DNA of 64,000 nucleotides, counting the filler, from Sphacelaria rigidula (Eukaryota): the NCBI GenBank assembly GCA_964200075.2. It is 3 parts of 3 records of this genome, joined end to end, with 100 filler letters (N's around TTAATTAATTAA, not from the genome) between each part and the next. Parts side by side here need not be neighbours in the genome. Positions count along the whole stretch, not along the records: positions 21,440 to 42,769 come from CAXNAA020000434.1; positions 42,870 to 64,000 come from CAXNAA020000460.1; 1 more part is not named here. One strand, written 5' to 3'. Under the pieces are notes generated by a model. That model had not been told where the DNA came from, made no database searches, and was given only the letters and a program-made list of their open reading frames with translations. This document shows, in pieces, positions 39,083-53,000 of the stretch. The position numbers and the translations under genes are program-made. Positions within the stretch are counted from its first letter, which is position 1, and every line of letters begins with the position of its first letter.

Positions 39083-42000
39083 ATATATATACATATATGC
39101 AGTACACCTACCGGCCTATACGGCTGGATAAGGAAATACACAACTGTCAACACTAGCTGCAGCGTACGTTCTGGGAGGCACTTTTTCATGAAGCGTACTT
39201 CCCACCAACCGAAGGATATGGCATAATACCACAATATGTCATGTCTATTTGTGACAATATGATGTCTCCCATCATGGGCTAACGTTGCAAACCTCAAGGT
39301 ATATATAGGAGATCAACACATAGATTATGGGAAAAGGGTGACTTCAATTTTGAAGCCACACATATAAGAAAATCAAGCATATGGGAACCTTGTCAGACGA
39401 CATAGAACTCAAAGACCACCCTGCTTTGTATTGCTATGTTATCCAGAGTAGATGGGGGTGACACCACCATAGCAAATCCCGTCGCATGCGACAGCTAGCT
39501 CTACCTTCGAACAAAAAACACATTAACGGCGAATCATCGAAACGTACTGACACAACATGGCCACACACTACTACTGCTACGCCATCAGTTAGTCCTCACT
39601 ACGCCGCCCACACCCACCCCGAGTCGCGCTTCCTTGCTCCATATCATCAGTGGTACTCCGCCACTTCCTCGTCCCCATGGTACTCTGTGGGAACATGTTC
39701 CCTCCCCCCGAACCAAGCTGAGGAGGAATCTACGCCCTTCCCGGGGGAAATACAAATATTGGCTGAAAAAGGACTCGTGAAATCCTGCCCTCGTAAGTTT
39801 TGATGCCGTTTTCCTCCTCTGCCGGATAGTCCAGTGAGGTGCGAAGACATCGGCAGTGGTCAAGTCATACCCGTCAGGTTACGTGCGCCCGCTGGCGTAA
39901 AGGTTTCGGGCGAGAGGAAGTACGCGGCTCTCCAAGGAAACCTCTACTTCGCCTTCTTGCCGCAGTCCCGCCACAATTACCTTCCAAACCTCAGCTTCGG
40001 TGTTCGGTATCGCGTTCTCGATGATCTTCATGCTAACACCCTGTAGGACAGGACAGCCTTCAGCGTCGCGATAACGCTGCAGTTTGTGATTCCTAGTGTT
40101 GTGAGTCGAACCAACTAATGTCGCCCATGTTAAGCTGGTTCCCGCTCCACTAGCTACCATCTCGATGCGCTGTATGGCTATTTCTTCGTTAAAAAATGTT
40201 GCCAAGTTGGGGGGGGGGGGGCTACTTCTGGGGCAGTCGATATATCTATTTTTTAGTCGGCCCCGGTGTCAAAATGACAAAAGCCGAGTACACCAAGCAG
40301 CTGAGAACTCCCACGCTTGGGATCGTTTTCCCCAATAACGCCCATATGAGGCGCTCCATGCAGTTTGAAACCAGCTCTGATGCGCTATATACTCATTTCT
40401 TCGTGGCAGTTTTTACGCCGGCTTAGGGGGGGACTTTCGCGGCATCACTCTACGGCGGACGTACCGTGAAAAAAAATAGATGAGCACCAAGGTGGCTTGA
40501 CCTGAGGGTGATGCCGCGTGCGGTAAACTCTAGTGCGATCTTTCAGCATTTCAATCTGCAAACTTGCAACAATCGGAAAAACCGGCGGCAAATTTTGAGA
40601 CTTACTCCAGATACCACTTCATCAACTAACCCACAGAACCCACAGCACAGTCGAGTGGAGTAACGGGCAGCAACGTGCTACGCAAACCCGTGCAGAACGC
40701 AGGGGGTACCCAGTACAAAGAACATGACAGAACCATCCTAGATATCGAGCGCCCAGTCAGTATAAAAGTACGGGGTGCTTTGGATCGGGCAGGTACATGG
40801 ACGACGGCGGCAGTACAGCAGCATACAGCTCGGACGAGCCAGTAAACGCTGTCGGTGGTGCACATGCAAATTCTAGCAGTGCTCAGGGCACCTGGAGTAT
40901 CATCTGCTGGCATATGTTTGTACTTAATTCGTACATGAGTAGGAGGGATACTCACAAGCTTGCCCTCGACAGTCCGGGGAAGCGATTGGTACACGAAAAC
41001 GTTCGATCGTCGGCGGCAAAAGTCCCTTTGCATAGAGCCCCGTTGTTGCTGACGTCGAAGGGCTCGTCGATCACTCTCTCTCGTCATCATGCAGCTTCTT
41101 GAAGGGTGTTCAGGATGGGGTATATATACCCCGGCGTGCCCTCGATTTTCAGTGCATTCGGAGAGCCCAGCACTCCAGGTACGAAAGGTATCGATGGCTG
41201 AAGAAAATAGGCGTTCCAGGGTACGCACGGTGTCGGCCATTGGAAATTATCAGCACTTCAGGGCATAGACTGCGGAAATTCTTGTTCTCCGCCCCCGACT
41301 CCCGCCCGACTGGGGATGATTATGTCGGGGGAACCGAACCCAATCAGCGAACGAGAGATCAACCACACATATGAACAAGCGTGACATGACCTGTAGACTA
41401 GTCTGTGCGCTTTATCGATGATGATGCAATACACTGACTAGCCGGTGGACGATGTTAATAGTCTTGGGCTCGAAGCTCAATTCTGCAGGTGCAGATATTT
41501 ACCCCGTACTGGGACCCAAGCTTAACCCCGCAGCCCCCGACTCGAAATGAAGGAGGAAAGGAGGGTAAGACGGAAACTGATACTCCTATCTCGTCCTATT
41601 GGCTATTAATTTTTTCTGCTGGCTTGCAACTTAAGCAATGTTCCCCACCTGCTTTTCGTGGTTATATTCTGCGTTGTTCATGACCTTCTTCCTTTTCTTA
41701 TTTTCCACCTTGCCCCTCTCTCCCTTTCTTCGTTCTCTTTTGTTTTTTTTCTTCTTCTCTTGTCATACGTGCTTTTGTTTATTTTTTGTTTTTTTTATTT
41801 GCATCGAATTTCTTTCGTATTGTGTTGTTGGGCGATGTACTTACCTGAAGTCAAGCGGCAGAGACCTGTCGCATTTTTTTCGGGATCGGTACTACTACTG
41901 TGCTAGATCTTCACGTGGCCTTTTTCGTTTTTCTCTTTCCGTTTTTGTTTTTCTCATTTTCTCTTCATCTATTTTCCCGTCACTTTGCTCTGTTCGTGCT

Positions 42001-42769
42001 CTCCCTTCCTCATCATCTTTCCGCTGTCCCGAGATTCCTCTAGTGATTGTACGCGCGATTTGACCTTGGGTGCGTCCATTTTGTTGCTGGAGTCTTCGCG
42101 AATGACTTCATATGCGACAATCAAGCAACTGATTCAAATACTGAGTTCTGCAGGGTGTGCACGGTATCGACTGCCAAATGTCCTGATTACCTTCGGAAAC
42201 TCGCCCCCCGAACTACTCGGCGTAGCACCCGGAATACTGAATACAAGAGCTGAGAATTCCGGGGACCCAGGGTACTGACCGCCGGAAACACCAAACACTA
42301 AGTACCCCAGGGTGCCTCGGAACCCCCCTTTCCGCAATACTGGGTTTGGTGCCAGAGGTACTGACTACAAGTGCTTAGTACGCCGGGTATTCAGGGGGTA
42401 CCGTCAGTAGAAAAATTCAGTTTTCTAGGGTACGCAGGGTGCTGATTACCCAAGGTACGAAGTAAGTCATCGTACCCATGGTATCGGCATCCCATAATAT
42501 CCACCGTTCCACGGTGCATACCCATACTGGACAATACACTGTAATCGGTAGCTACACTTACAGTATACACAGCGCAGATAAACACACGTCACAAGATTGT
42601 ACTGTGTGCGGGAAACGCCATGCCGCGAATTATATTCAAGCACGCTTTATCACACCAAAGCACCCCACTCCCCCCCGCTTTCACATGAACGAATTCATTC
42701 AGCACAATATCTTCTGAGGTTGGCAGTATGTACTCCCTTTCTTCTTTCTTTCTTCTTTATTTATGTTTG

Positions 42770-42869
42770 NNNNNNNNNNNNNNNNNNNNNNNNNNNNNNN
42801 NNNNNNNNNNNNNTTAATTAATTAANNNNNNNNNNNNNNNNNNNNNNNNNNNNNNNNNNNNNNNNNNNN
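42770..42869. other. Assembly spacer (contig join)
   Basis: Identical N44-TTAATTAATTAA-N44 linker. Confidence 0.97.
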
Positions 42870-43308
42870 TGTGGTTTGACATACCGGGAAGCGGGGTACG
42901 GAGAAAGGACGCGGGGACTGGGCTACACGCTTCGGAAAGGCGCCGTATCAGCGCAATTGGCGAGGTGCCATGGTGACGTTTGATACTCGTGCACGCTTTA
43001 CAATCAGGGCATGGCGATCCAACCACACGGTGACCAACCACCTCTGTAAAAGTGCGCACCTCATGCATTCGCCCTCAAGTGAAAGATCCGTGGAATACAT
43101 CACTCAACCTTCACGCGCGCGTTGGTAATAAAGCAACACCCGGAGACTGAATACACACAAACGGGCGCACTGCGCGAGCCTTGGCGTCTACCTAAACACA
43201 GAAACTACAAAGCTGTGCAGCGAAACCAACAATATTTTTTCTTCCTACGAACCGAAAGGTGATCTCGAATGTCTCCACCAGCATATGATCGATTATTCCC
43301 CGTCTCAC

Positions 43309-43449
43309 ATCAGCCTCAAGCCGCTGGAGTGTTTCGTCGCACGCCTTGACGATGGATTGACTGCCTATTCGGTAGGGGTAGGGGGCGAACTTGGTGGCCA
43401 CGCGTAGATCTTCTCGAACACTGGTCGGTCCAGGGTACTCTCGAACAAA
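43309..43449 (-). CDS. PLR1: Exon 4 of pyridoxal reductase-like AKR; downstream exons not found before the assembly spacer
   Basis: CTTCACAG|TTT...GAT|GTGAGA. Reads FVREYPGPTSVREDLRVATKFAPYPYRIGSQSIVKACDETLQRLEAD, with the AKR catalytic-Lys motif VATKF and an 'SL.RL'-type segment. Confidence 0.93.
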
Positions 43450-44979
43450 CTGTGAAGGGTAACAAAATCGGAGTAATGTCAGTCTGGTGCCAGCTGGTCA
43501 GCAGTGGAGATACCACCACCAGAATCTGTAATGCCGATATACCGTTCACCAACGATCGAAGTGCAAAGAGCATCGTGTTCCCCAACAATGTGCATCAGCG
43601 CATTCACCTATCGGTAGAATGATGACCTGTGTCGAGGCTCATGCTTATTTCCAGGATAATCACGCATACCGCGGAAGTCAAGTCCCTCGAGCTGAGTGCG
43701 TGTTACAGAACATTGAGGTGCTCAGTTTTATCTCTGGCTGGCAAGCTACTGCTGTGTCCGAAGGGCAGCGACTTTCCGCACATGCAGCAAGTCTTAGTCT
43801 GGTCCGTGTAATTTGGGCTTGATCTTTACTTGCTTTCGCTGTCCCGAATGACGCACAAGACTTGGGTCAAAATCGATATCTTTCCCCCGAATCATTCGCA
43901 GGAGTCGAATCAGGCGTCTCCTCATTCTTTCAAGGTGACTCGCAGCCCTTGTATATCGTATGGCATTGAGCATAGCCCCCGTTGCTAGGTACATGCAGAG
44001 GCCAGAGATCCACATCCGCGCACGAGCGTGAAGCTATCCAAGAAGTCTCGACTGTCAACCCTTGACTCATTCGTACTCGAGTAATGAGAGCAGTTCATCA
44101 TGAGCGACAGTTGATCGATTGATCGATTGCCGCACATCAACTAATCTCCGTCTATATTGTGGTCATCGTCCACAAGATTGGCGAACCCAAGGCAAACAAA
44201 GCAAAAAAACTCTCTGATTAATAGTGAAATTAAAACGATAGGACAAGCAGAGTACGCTGGAAAGAAAAAACAAAAACAGAGCAACGGTAAGAGGAGACTC
44301 GAAAAATGGCCGGCCTCTGCAACATGGCTTGAGGTGAAAACAGTCTTGCGCAAAAAGCACATGTGCCCGTCACATCCGAACGGGAAAAAAAGGCGTGGAA
44401 ACAGATTGAGGCTCCGCTATCGTGCACCAAGAAAAGCATCAAAGCACACAGCGCACTCCACACAGTCGGTACAGTAGTAGACACCGCACAATATAAACAG
44501 GCACCAAAAAACATCAGAGTCGCAAAGACTGCGTGCGGCAACGTACTGCAGTGTAATGTCCATATCACAAAATATAAACCTGCGTGCAGTTCAAGTATAA
44601 CGTAATGCGCAGCTGGGCTGCAGTACTGCATAGACCTATAAAAGTAGTCCACACGAGTGGCCGGTACAACAGTGCACGCTACACAGTACAAAGCTGAAGA
44701 GGCCCATGATAACATCACAGGTACACTACTTGTACAGTCGGAATGGTTCGCGGGACGCGAGTGATCACAAGTCATGGATCCTTGGATATGTACATCTCTC
44801 GATGTCCACTGCTTGCATCCCCTCGGCGACGAAGGCCACCTTCCAAAATGAAGCTAGTTGGACAAACTATTTTTCTTGCGGTGATCGCGAACGACTGTCG
44901 GGCAGCGATAACAAATCGATCGGATTCAGGGGGTTACTGTCGGAGAACAAAGTTTTCATTACCATGTGATGCGGCTCAC

Positions 44980-45022
44980 CTTGCCCAAGAGCCTTTCAGC
45001 TTGACCTACGATCTTGCCCGTG
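44980..45022 (-). CDS. PLR1: Exon 3 (43 nt) of pyridoxal reductase-like AKR
   Basis: Pyrimidine tract + CTGAAG|C ACG GGC AAG...GGC AAG|GTGAGC. Reads (G)TGKIVGQAERLLGK; phase 2 in and phase 0 out, matching the neighbouring exons. Confidence 0.92.
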
Positions 45023-45634
45023 CTTCAGGGGGAGAGAGGGGTGATACATGAATCGCGCGAAGCCAGAAGAGGGTAACGAATAGGCAAAAGATGAAAAGTT
45101 TGTTTCCTCTCCGTTTTGGTGAGCCACAGAGCGCATGTAAGCAGCAAAACATACCCGTTTCCCGCCCTTGGTTAGGGTAACAGATTGTACAGCCGCTAGT
45201 TTCCCAAAACGTGGCCATCAGTCTCTAGAACTACTGAAGGTCCCACTTTTTTCGCGGGTTGTAATCACCTGGGTTCGCCGTCGAACCTTCCCACGATTTT
45301 TCTTTCAACCATTTGGTGGGATCTTAATCATGCGCCGACGCCGAGTTGCCGCTGCGCAAGGCCCAACTACGTGATCGGGGAAACCCTTGGGATTATTAGA
45401 GCGAATGCGGTCATCAGACGGTCGTAAATATACATGATGCGAACACCATATGCATAGAGCACCCCATGCTATACTCGGGCATCGCTTTTTACGCTAGCAT
45501 TCTATAGACATTTGCTTTGCCACTTGTACGCCGACCACATCGCTTTGTTGTAGGGTGAGAACGTGGGCAAGTACAGAGAACCATAAACGACGACACGGCA
45601 GACGGTATACTTGAACTGGTGAGGTGTCACTTAC

Positions 45635-45767
45635 CCGTAGCTGTCCGCCGTATCGAACCAGTTGATCCCCTCGCTTACACACAAATTAAACGCTTCTTGC
45701 AGCTCCCCGTCCATGTCGTCGCTGTACCCCCACACCAGTTTGTTCCCCCACGCCCACGTGCCAACAC
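45635..45767 (-). CDS. PLR1: Exon 2 of pyridoxal reductase-like AKR
   Basis: TTGCAG|...|GTAAGT. Reads GVGTWAWGNKLVWGYSDDMDGELQEAFNLCVSEGINWFDTADSYG, containing the AKR 'GTW' and catalytic 'FDTADSYG' motifs in the form seen in plant PLR1. Confidence 0.95.
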
Positions 45768-46750
45768 CTGCAACGGTTAAATTATTACCGAGCGTTCGCA
45801 GCTACTACTTGAAGCACTCTCGGGGGTTCACACGTTAGCTCCTTCGTGTCACAAAACGTAGGTTTATAAGACTACAGAAAATGACCCGACGGTGGATGTA
45901 CTCGACAATCAATCTGTCTCGCGGCGCCAATGGTGAACGGCACGCATTTACTGGGGGGAAACGCAGATTCGACCCGATGTGACCGTGTTGATACGTGCTT
46001 CGTATTCTTCGTATTCCTGTTTCTAGCGCATTGAACATCGAGCCAAACATCACTGTACTGCACAGCAATGCACGGACCCGGCCTGCGATTAAGAAAACGT
46101 GGGTATAGGAAGCTATTAAAGAACGTGGACATGAGAAGGTACGATCTACTTCTTTGGAAAAATTGAACTTTTATGTGAGTATCGAGCTCGAAATCTTACA
46201 GGCCGCGTCTTATCATCCGAGAAAAAAGTATCTCGAAATTTCGCCTTTCGATCCTCCCTCGTCGTTTTTCGTCCGAGAGCCGGGCCAGGTAGATTCCGAC
46301 ACCTCGGAATGGCTTCCTCGATTTTTCGAGAGAGGTCTGGCGGACCAGTGCGTTTCAAGGCGTCTGCAATTTACTTTTTGGCAAAACTAGATACGAGTAT
46401 TCATTGAACTAGCGGTATCAGTTATGAGAAAATAATTCGGTATGTTTCCATGCATTTGTCGTTTGTCGGTGACGTGGTCAATCCCTAATCCATGTCGACG
46501 TCACACTACGCGCACTACGAAACGTGAACGTGTGCTGGAATTCATTCGGATAGTAGAGTCAACTCGAGGCGATGAAAACAGCCTAGCCCTCTTCCCGGGC
46601 AAAAGAGTCGCAGAATAGCCAAAAAAGCACATTTCCAAGAGTTTTTTTGTACTATGGGAAGTGGACGCACAAGATGAGGAATGGCCAAATGAGAAACAGT
46701 CGAATCGTGGCTGTGAGCTTATAAGAAACGTGGTATTGCTATACGCCTAG

Positions 46751-47100
46751 CCGGTCGCCCCGGTGGCTCAGCTGGTAACCTCGAAACCTACTGACGGTTG
46801 GGTCGTGGGTTAGAATTTCGGAGCGATCTGGGATCTTTTCTCACACAGCACCCAACAGTGGAGAGCGACCATGTCGTGGGTACACAAAATTCGACTTCAC
46901 GTCGACGGGGGAAAGGAACTGCTCAACCCCTCTCACGATAAAAAATGAAGGCAAGCACCGCAGAAGGAAGGTGGGGTAATATAAAAAACAAATAGAAAAT
47001 AAAAAGCTCCTGTGTTGACCTTCCTCCTGTGTGACCCCGGCTGGTGCGCCCACATATACCGAGAGGTGTAGACCGGCGTCCAGAATAGATGGGACGACAC
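46751..47100 (+). mobile_element. tRNA-derived SINE (in PLR-like intron 1)
   Basis: CCGGTCGCCCCGGTGGCTCAGCTGGTAACC head; body colinear with the 62341 copy. Confidence 0.88.
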
Positions 47101-48054
47101 GCCAGGCATAAAGGAAAGTGGCTGCATGCTTGTAGCGGGCAGCCAACAGTTACTGTCACTCACCACCGAAGGCAGACATACCTATCTGTTTGCCGAAATC
47201 GCTGCGGATCAGAAAAATATTGTTCAAAATATATCGAATGCGCCCCGTGTGGACAGGGCGATGGGATGGGCGAGATTGTGCTGTGCCCCGCTTGACTCAA
47301 GGGGTGAGTAGGGCGGCTATGTTGCATTCAAAGACAGCGTTCACACCAATTTCATGCTGTCAAGACCTTGTGCTTCTCTCCAACTGCGATTCGGGTAGGG
47401 TACGTACCCTGGGGGACCCTAAATTTAATGGGTAAATGAAGTACTCAGTACCCGAAGGAACGCATGGGTATCGACTGCCAGAAATGCGGCGTCTTTCAGG
47501 GTACCCGGGGTACGACCTAAGTAAAACACCCAGTATTCTAGAGAACTCAATGTCTTTGCTGTCGGTAATACTGGGATCGTAGGGTATCTCGGGAACTCGC
47601 CCCCCGAAATACCCGGTGGGGTACCCGGAGTACTGAGTACGTTATCAAGTACTTCAGATTCCCAGGGTACCGATCGTCAGAGATACTCAGTATTCGTACC
47701 TCGGGTATCCACCCCCGAGGTACCTAGTGTTGTACCATTGAAGGAGCTGGGCTAGAATATAAAAAGATTTCACTATAAGCGGTCAAGGTGGCGGTCTCAA
47801 ACTGAGAGGGGTTTGGGTGCGGGGCAGGAGGCTCCAACTCATCCTGTAGTAGTTTTCCCGAAGATGATGGTGATGTCCAACAATGGCATGCAGTAAGGGC
47901 TTCGGGGTTGTTGTTAAGAAAACCAGAAGTAGCACCGATGGATTTTGGGGAGACGCCGTTCGGCGGGTGAGCCAGTGTTCGATCTGGTCACCGAGGAGAA
48001 GGGGCGGCAGCCACGCGCGCGGGCACATCAGGCACTGAAGCCCCTGGTACTGGT

Positions 48055-49480
48055 TTGGAGTTTTTCGGGCGTAGCATGAGGAAGGAACGTGATCTTGGTG
48101 GGAATGGAAAGTCAGATAGGGAGGGGCGGTCAGAACGTGTGGAAAGTTCCGGCGAAGGTTACGGCGTATACACAGAAGTGTGGTGGCCGGCATCGCCTGC
48201 ATCGTCCGCTTCGTCCGCATCGTCATCCACTCATGATTCGTCAGAAGCGCCATCGGTCGGCAGCGCGGACGCCGCGAAGCGACCAGATCCAATTGAGCCG
48301 ACGCTTGGCCGGACGACACAGCAAACAAGACTTCTACAGCGGCAGCATCAGAAACAGCGTAACCCCGATCTTCGGCAGCAAGGTGACCATAGTGCGTTGT
48401 GGACCTCTACGAGAGATTTGTGGGCCACGGAGCGGATACTGGCTCATCACTGACACGAGACGACCCCCCAAAATCAGGGGAGTGAGTCGGAGTTGATTCC
48501 GTATATATCTCTTGACGAGATTTAAGCAGTTCCGCAAACTATGAAGGACGTGCATAATTCTTGGTTGAAGAAAGTGTGGATGGATGCCATGAGCAAGTAG
48601 GTTGCGGGATTGCAACCTTACAACACTTAGGCAGTTGTCATCTCACCGCCGGTAGGGAAGAACGTGGTTGATTCGAAGTGAGTTTTTCAGTGCAAGACTG
48701 ACGAGCACGGTTACGTTATCAAGGCAGAGGCTCGGCTGGTGTTCAGAGGGGACAATCAAGAGATGGGCGATATTGCGACGCTATCACCGATAGCCCCCCC
48801 CAACATGACAGAGTGGCTGCGACGGTAGCTTGCGCTGAGGAAAAGACGAATTTCACGACGTATTTCACTTCGACGTTGAGCAGGCTTTCGTCCAGCCTGA
48901 TCTGAAGGATGAGGTGTACATGCGATTACCGACAGGCCTTGGTGAGCGGTCTGGTACTATCGTGCAGTTAAGGAAAGCCTTGTACGTTACGGCAAGCGGC
49001 TGAAAAACGATTCGGAAAGCTGGGGAAAACCCTACGAGGTGTAGGTTTCGCTACTAAAGAGACGGAGGTCGGTGAATTTGCGTCAGCAGCGGGCGCGGTA
49101 TTAGATGATTGCCCAGAGGTGAACGATGGGGGGAAGGAGGTCCGGATAACCGACAGCGCAGCCACATGTCACATGACCCCATCAAACGATCGCATCTACG
49201 AGTACGAGACTTGCACAATTTAATTTGGTACTATATCGAAAAGTTGACAAGAAGCCATCTCAGGCTATGGTAACTCGCTGGTGTCGGCCGTATGTGCGAT
49301 GGTCAACTTACTTTCAGTATCAGTAGGATTGCGCGTATATTCGGTCTAGATGTGAATTTATTTCCCTGAAGAGTGTGGTGACCGAGCGCGGTTTCCTAGT
49401 TAGCCTGGACAGGGAGGGAGCTGATATCACTTTGCCCAGTGGTAAGGAGGTGGTTTTCAGGAAGCCTGGGAAATTATGAT
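48055..49480 (+). pseudogene. Degenerate Ty1/copia pol fragments (linker and N-terminal RT, then a protease fragment)
   Basis: RT motifs WMDAM...KNVVDSK*VFQCKTDEHGYVIKAEARLVFRGDNQ and FHFDVEQAFVQPDLKDEVYMRLPTG...LRKALY at ~48530-48990. Protease motif ITDSAATCHMT at ~49145. Multiple stops and frameshifts. Confidence 0.92.
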
Positions 49481-50013
49481 CTAGTCGTGACACGTGGCTC
49501 GCGATCATTTATTTAATCGATTGTTGCTCAAGCTAATATTGCCCAAGAATACGCCAGGACGTGAGCTTCCCACACTCGCACCCGACAGTTCTGCACGACC
49601 TGTACGAAATATTTGTCCTTACCCGGGGCACAGATAAACTCTTTTAGGTATACTCGATTGCGGGAAAGGGCTTCTATTGATTTGTTCTTTTTTAATTCGA
49701 TTGTCGCACTTGAGCTGAACCCCCAGGGATTCAGCTGTTCCGAATTGATAGACCATATTTCAGTCGACTAGGCTCTATTTGTCAATTTTTTGTTATGCTT
49801 GGTATTCGATGGGTTATACTCGTACTCATTTTTTGTTTTTCTCAGACTCTGACCCTCACGTACACACAACCGCTTTCGGACTAGCCATCAAAACACATAA
49901 CAAGTAAGTAGCCTGTTCGCCAATAATACAAGAACATCTACGCCATCTCCGGGACTGCTTCTCAGAGTTTACTCAGGTCTTGGGCCGAAACAAGCCTTTT
50001 AAAGTCTAGCGAT

Positions 50014-53000
50014 CTATGTTGGGGATCTTATGTGGTGCAGCAATGCGCTGTAGGGGCTTACTGCTGGTTGATGGATCGCGGATATGCGGATCTGATCGGT
50101 GGACTCTGTGGGTGTTTCGTCGCCGCAAGGTTTGGGGTTGGTTTTTACTCCGGTGGACAGATGTTATGGTCCTGTTCTCCTGCACTATGAATAGCTGAGG
50201 GTTAATACATGAATGGCGAAAGGTGCTGAAGTCTATGTGCCCATGATGGGAGGGGTCCACATAGCTGTTCGATCTTGAGTGGCAGAGGTCTATAATAAAC
50301 GTTTATTAGGTCCACTAGCTATATGGCGGCAGGTCCGCCGTAAAGCAGCAGATACATCAAGACAGGAGGTGGCCTGCAGGCCTGATCAGTTTGCAGCAAA
50401 CAAGACCAGCTCAAGGCGTGTCCACGTCGAGAGGGGCCAGAGAAGCAGAGCCAAGGAGGTTCTGAGGCAGTGCTAGGGCAGGCTGTGGGATCTCTCGTGC
50501 GTCGGGCGCGGGGGGGGGGGTGGATTGGCAGCTGGCGAGCCTTTAAGCGTTCCATAAAATCGGCGCAATTACTGCCTCGTGGAGGCAGCGAGGGTTGGCT
50601 GGTCGAAGCTTGGCCAGGTACGGTCAAGAGGAGGAGTCCAAAGACTTCAAGACGTGGTGAGAATCGCGTGAGGAAGAGGCGTTGTGGTCGTCGTTGTTTG
50701 GCGGCACAGCGCGTCTTGGTCTAAGGGAAGAGTTGTTGTTCCTGTGATTGGGAGGCAACCTCGATTCTTTTCGAAAACGCTGTGTGGACTGCTGTATTAC
50801 TGACCATGATGTACGAAGTGCAGCGATATGTCGCAGTGGATGGCTACGATTTCCGTGCGCCTCAACACTATGTTGCTATCGATGGTCGCGCTGTCGGTGC
50901 AAGACTTCTGGGTATACCATACTACGGTCGCACGTTCTCGGGTGAAATATCTGCCCAGTTTTTGCGGCAGTATGAGGACCACATTCACGAGGTGCGCGCA
51001 GCGAATGCGCGTCAGGAATGCTAGAGCGCTTTTGAGGAGCCAGCGATTCCTGACCTCATGCCTAAGCATATTGAGCACTGTTTATGTGACACGTTCTTGA
51101 ATCATGTTCATGATGTTGGGCACGAGGAATTGCCCGTTGCGTTGCGCAAGCATGCGTCTTATGCATTGTCGAGTGTGGTGCGCGATAATGTGAAGGTCGA
51201 AATGATCACACAGCATGTGTCTGTCGGAGGTGAGAAGCACGATAGTGCGCCCGTGGATAGTGCAGCAGTTCGCGCACCCGCGCGTTTGAGGCAACGATGC
51301 GGGGCAGCTGCCTGTACTGTTAGGGCAGCGAAGATGACACAGCATGTGCCTGTCCGAGCGGACAGGCACGACAGTTCGCCCACTGAGAGTGCAGTAGTTG
51401 GAGCTCACCCGCGTCTGAAGCAACATTGCGGGGCAGTTGTCTGGACTTTGACGGGCAAAAACACGACGCAGCATACGCCCGTGCGAGAGGGCAAGCACGA
51501 CGGTGCGGCTGCTGAGAGTGCAGTAGTTGGAGCTCGCCCGCGGCTGAAGCAACAACGCTGCGCCACTTTGAAGGGCGCGAAGGTGACGCAGCATATGTCT
51601 GTGCGATGGGACACACAGGGCAGCACGAACTGTGAGAGTACAGCAGTCGGTACTGATCTGGCAGCCACTGGTACTGCTGTTGAAATGGGCGAACAAGTCA
51701 TACAGCGCTCGTCAGTCCGAGGGGACAGGCACGAGAGCGTAAGAGGCAGTACAGCTGCCGCTGTTGCCGTCAAGTAGCGAGCCGGGCAGGAGGTGGAGGC
51801 TGAAGTGACATTGGGCAATCCTGCTGCTGCTACTGTCGGTGATATTAAAAGGGAGGGGCCTACATGGGCCGATGAGCAAGTGCTGAAAGGCGAAGGTCCC
51901 TGTCGCTTGTTGCCGCCGGACCAGCACGTAGCTGGAGGCGCTCCTTGTATGCTCGCTCGAAGCTGCAGGGTGGTTTGATTCGCGCAATGCTAATGAGCAG
52001 AGCGAGCTTGGGGCTCGCCATGCTCATGGCGAATCTATCTGCGCCCGTGATATGGCGGGAGATCGTTTAGATGATTCGCAGGGGTGTCTGCTTGAAGGAG
52101 AGGTGGATGCCGGGTTGCCGGAATCGCCGCCGGAGCAGCACGTAGCTGTGGACACGCCTTGCATGATCGAAGCAGCAGGGGCGTGTGACCCGCGAGGAGC
52201 GGGTAGGCAGAACGAGCTTCAGACTTGTGATGCTATTAGCGATCATAATTCCTACGGCGACGTTGAGCGTTGCGTGGTGTTTGGGTGGTCGTATGCGCTG
52301 CTGTTTGCATGGACAGGTTTGGCGTGTTCGGTGGCGTTGATGGAGATGTCTCTGCCGCTGTACGGTCAGGTGCTCAAGGAGGACGGTGTGATGCCATCGG
52401 GAGGTGTTGATGTGTGGGACTGTATGGCTGTTCTCACTTCGCCTTTCGTTTCCTCTGAAAAAACGACTGAAGAACGAGCGTTCGTTAATGCGCAAGCATT
52501 TGTGGGGCAGAGAATTTATCGCATTGGTTCGGCAGTGCGAATATACCATTTGGTGGCGTGCTGAGCGACACTATGGGGGTGCCAGGTGTAGCTGGACTGA
52601 TGGTGCAAGGAGCGAGTGTTCGCGAGGAAATGCTGCTCTATGGTGTACACAAGGTTGTAGTTCGAGCACCGCTGTTTCTCAGGAGCGGATTCAAGGACTA
52701 CAGGGAAGGCATTACATGGGGCGCTTGATGTTGTGGTGAGCGCCAGGTTGGGTGATATTGAGGATCAAGTGCTGGTGTGAATAGTGCGCTTGTTGAAAAT
52801 GAGGAAACACATTATAACTGGTATTCCTGAATCGTTCTGTGGGTGACTGTAGATTGTTGTGGTGTGGTTTCTGGTCATCTTTGTGCTGCTGTTCGCGCAT
52901 GAGGCATGACGATAGAGCGGGTGTGATTGTATTGCGTTTGCTAGGGGGAATGACGGCGTACACGCGGATGTTTGGTAACCATGTGTTACTCTACTCTGGT

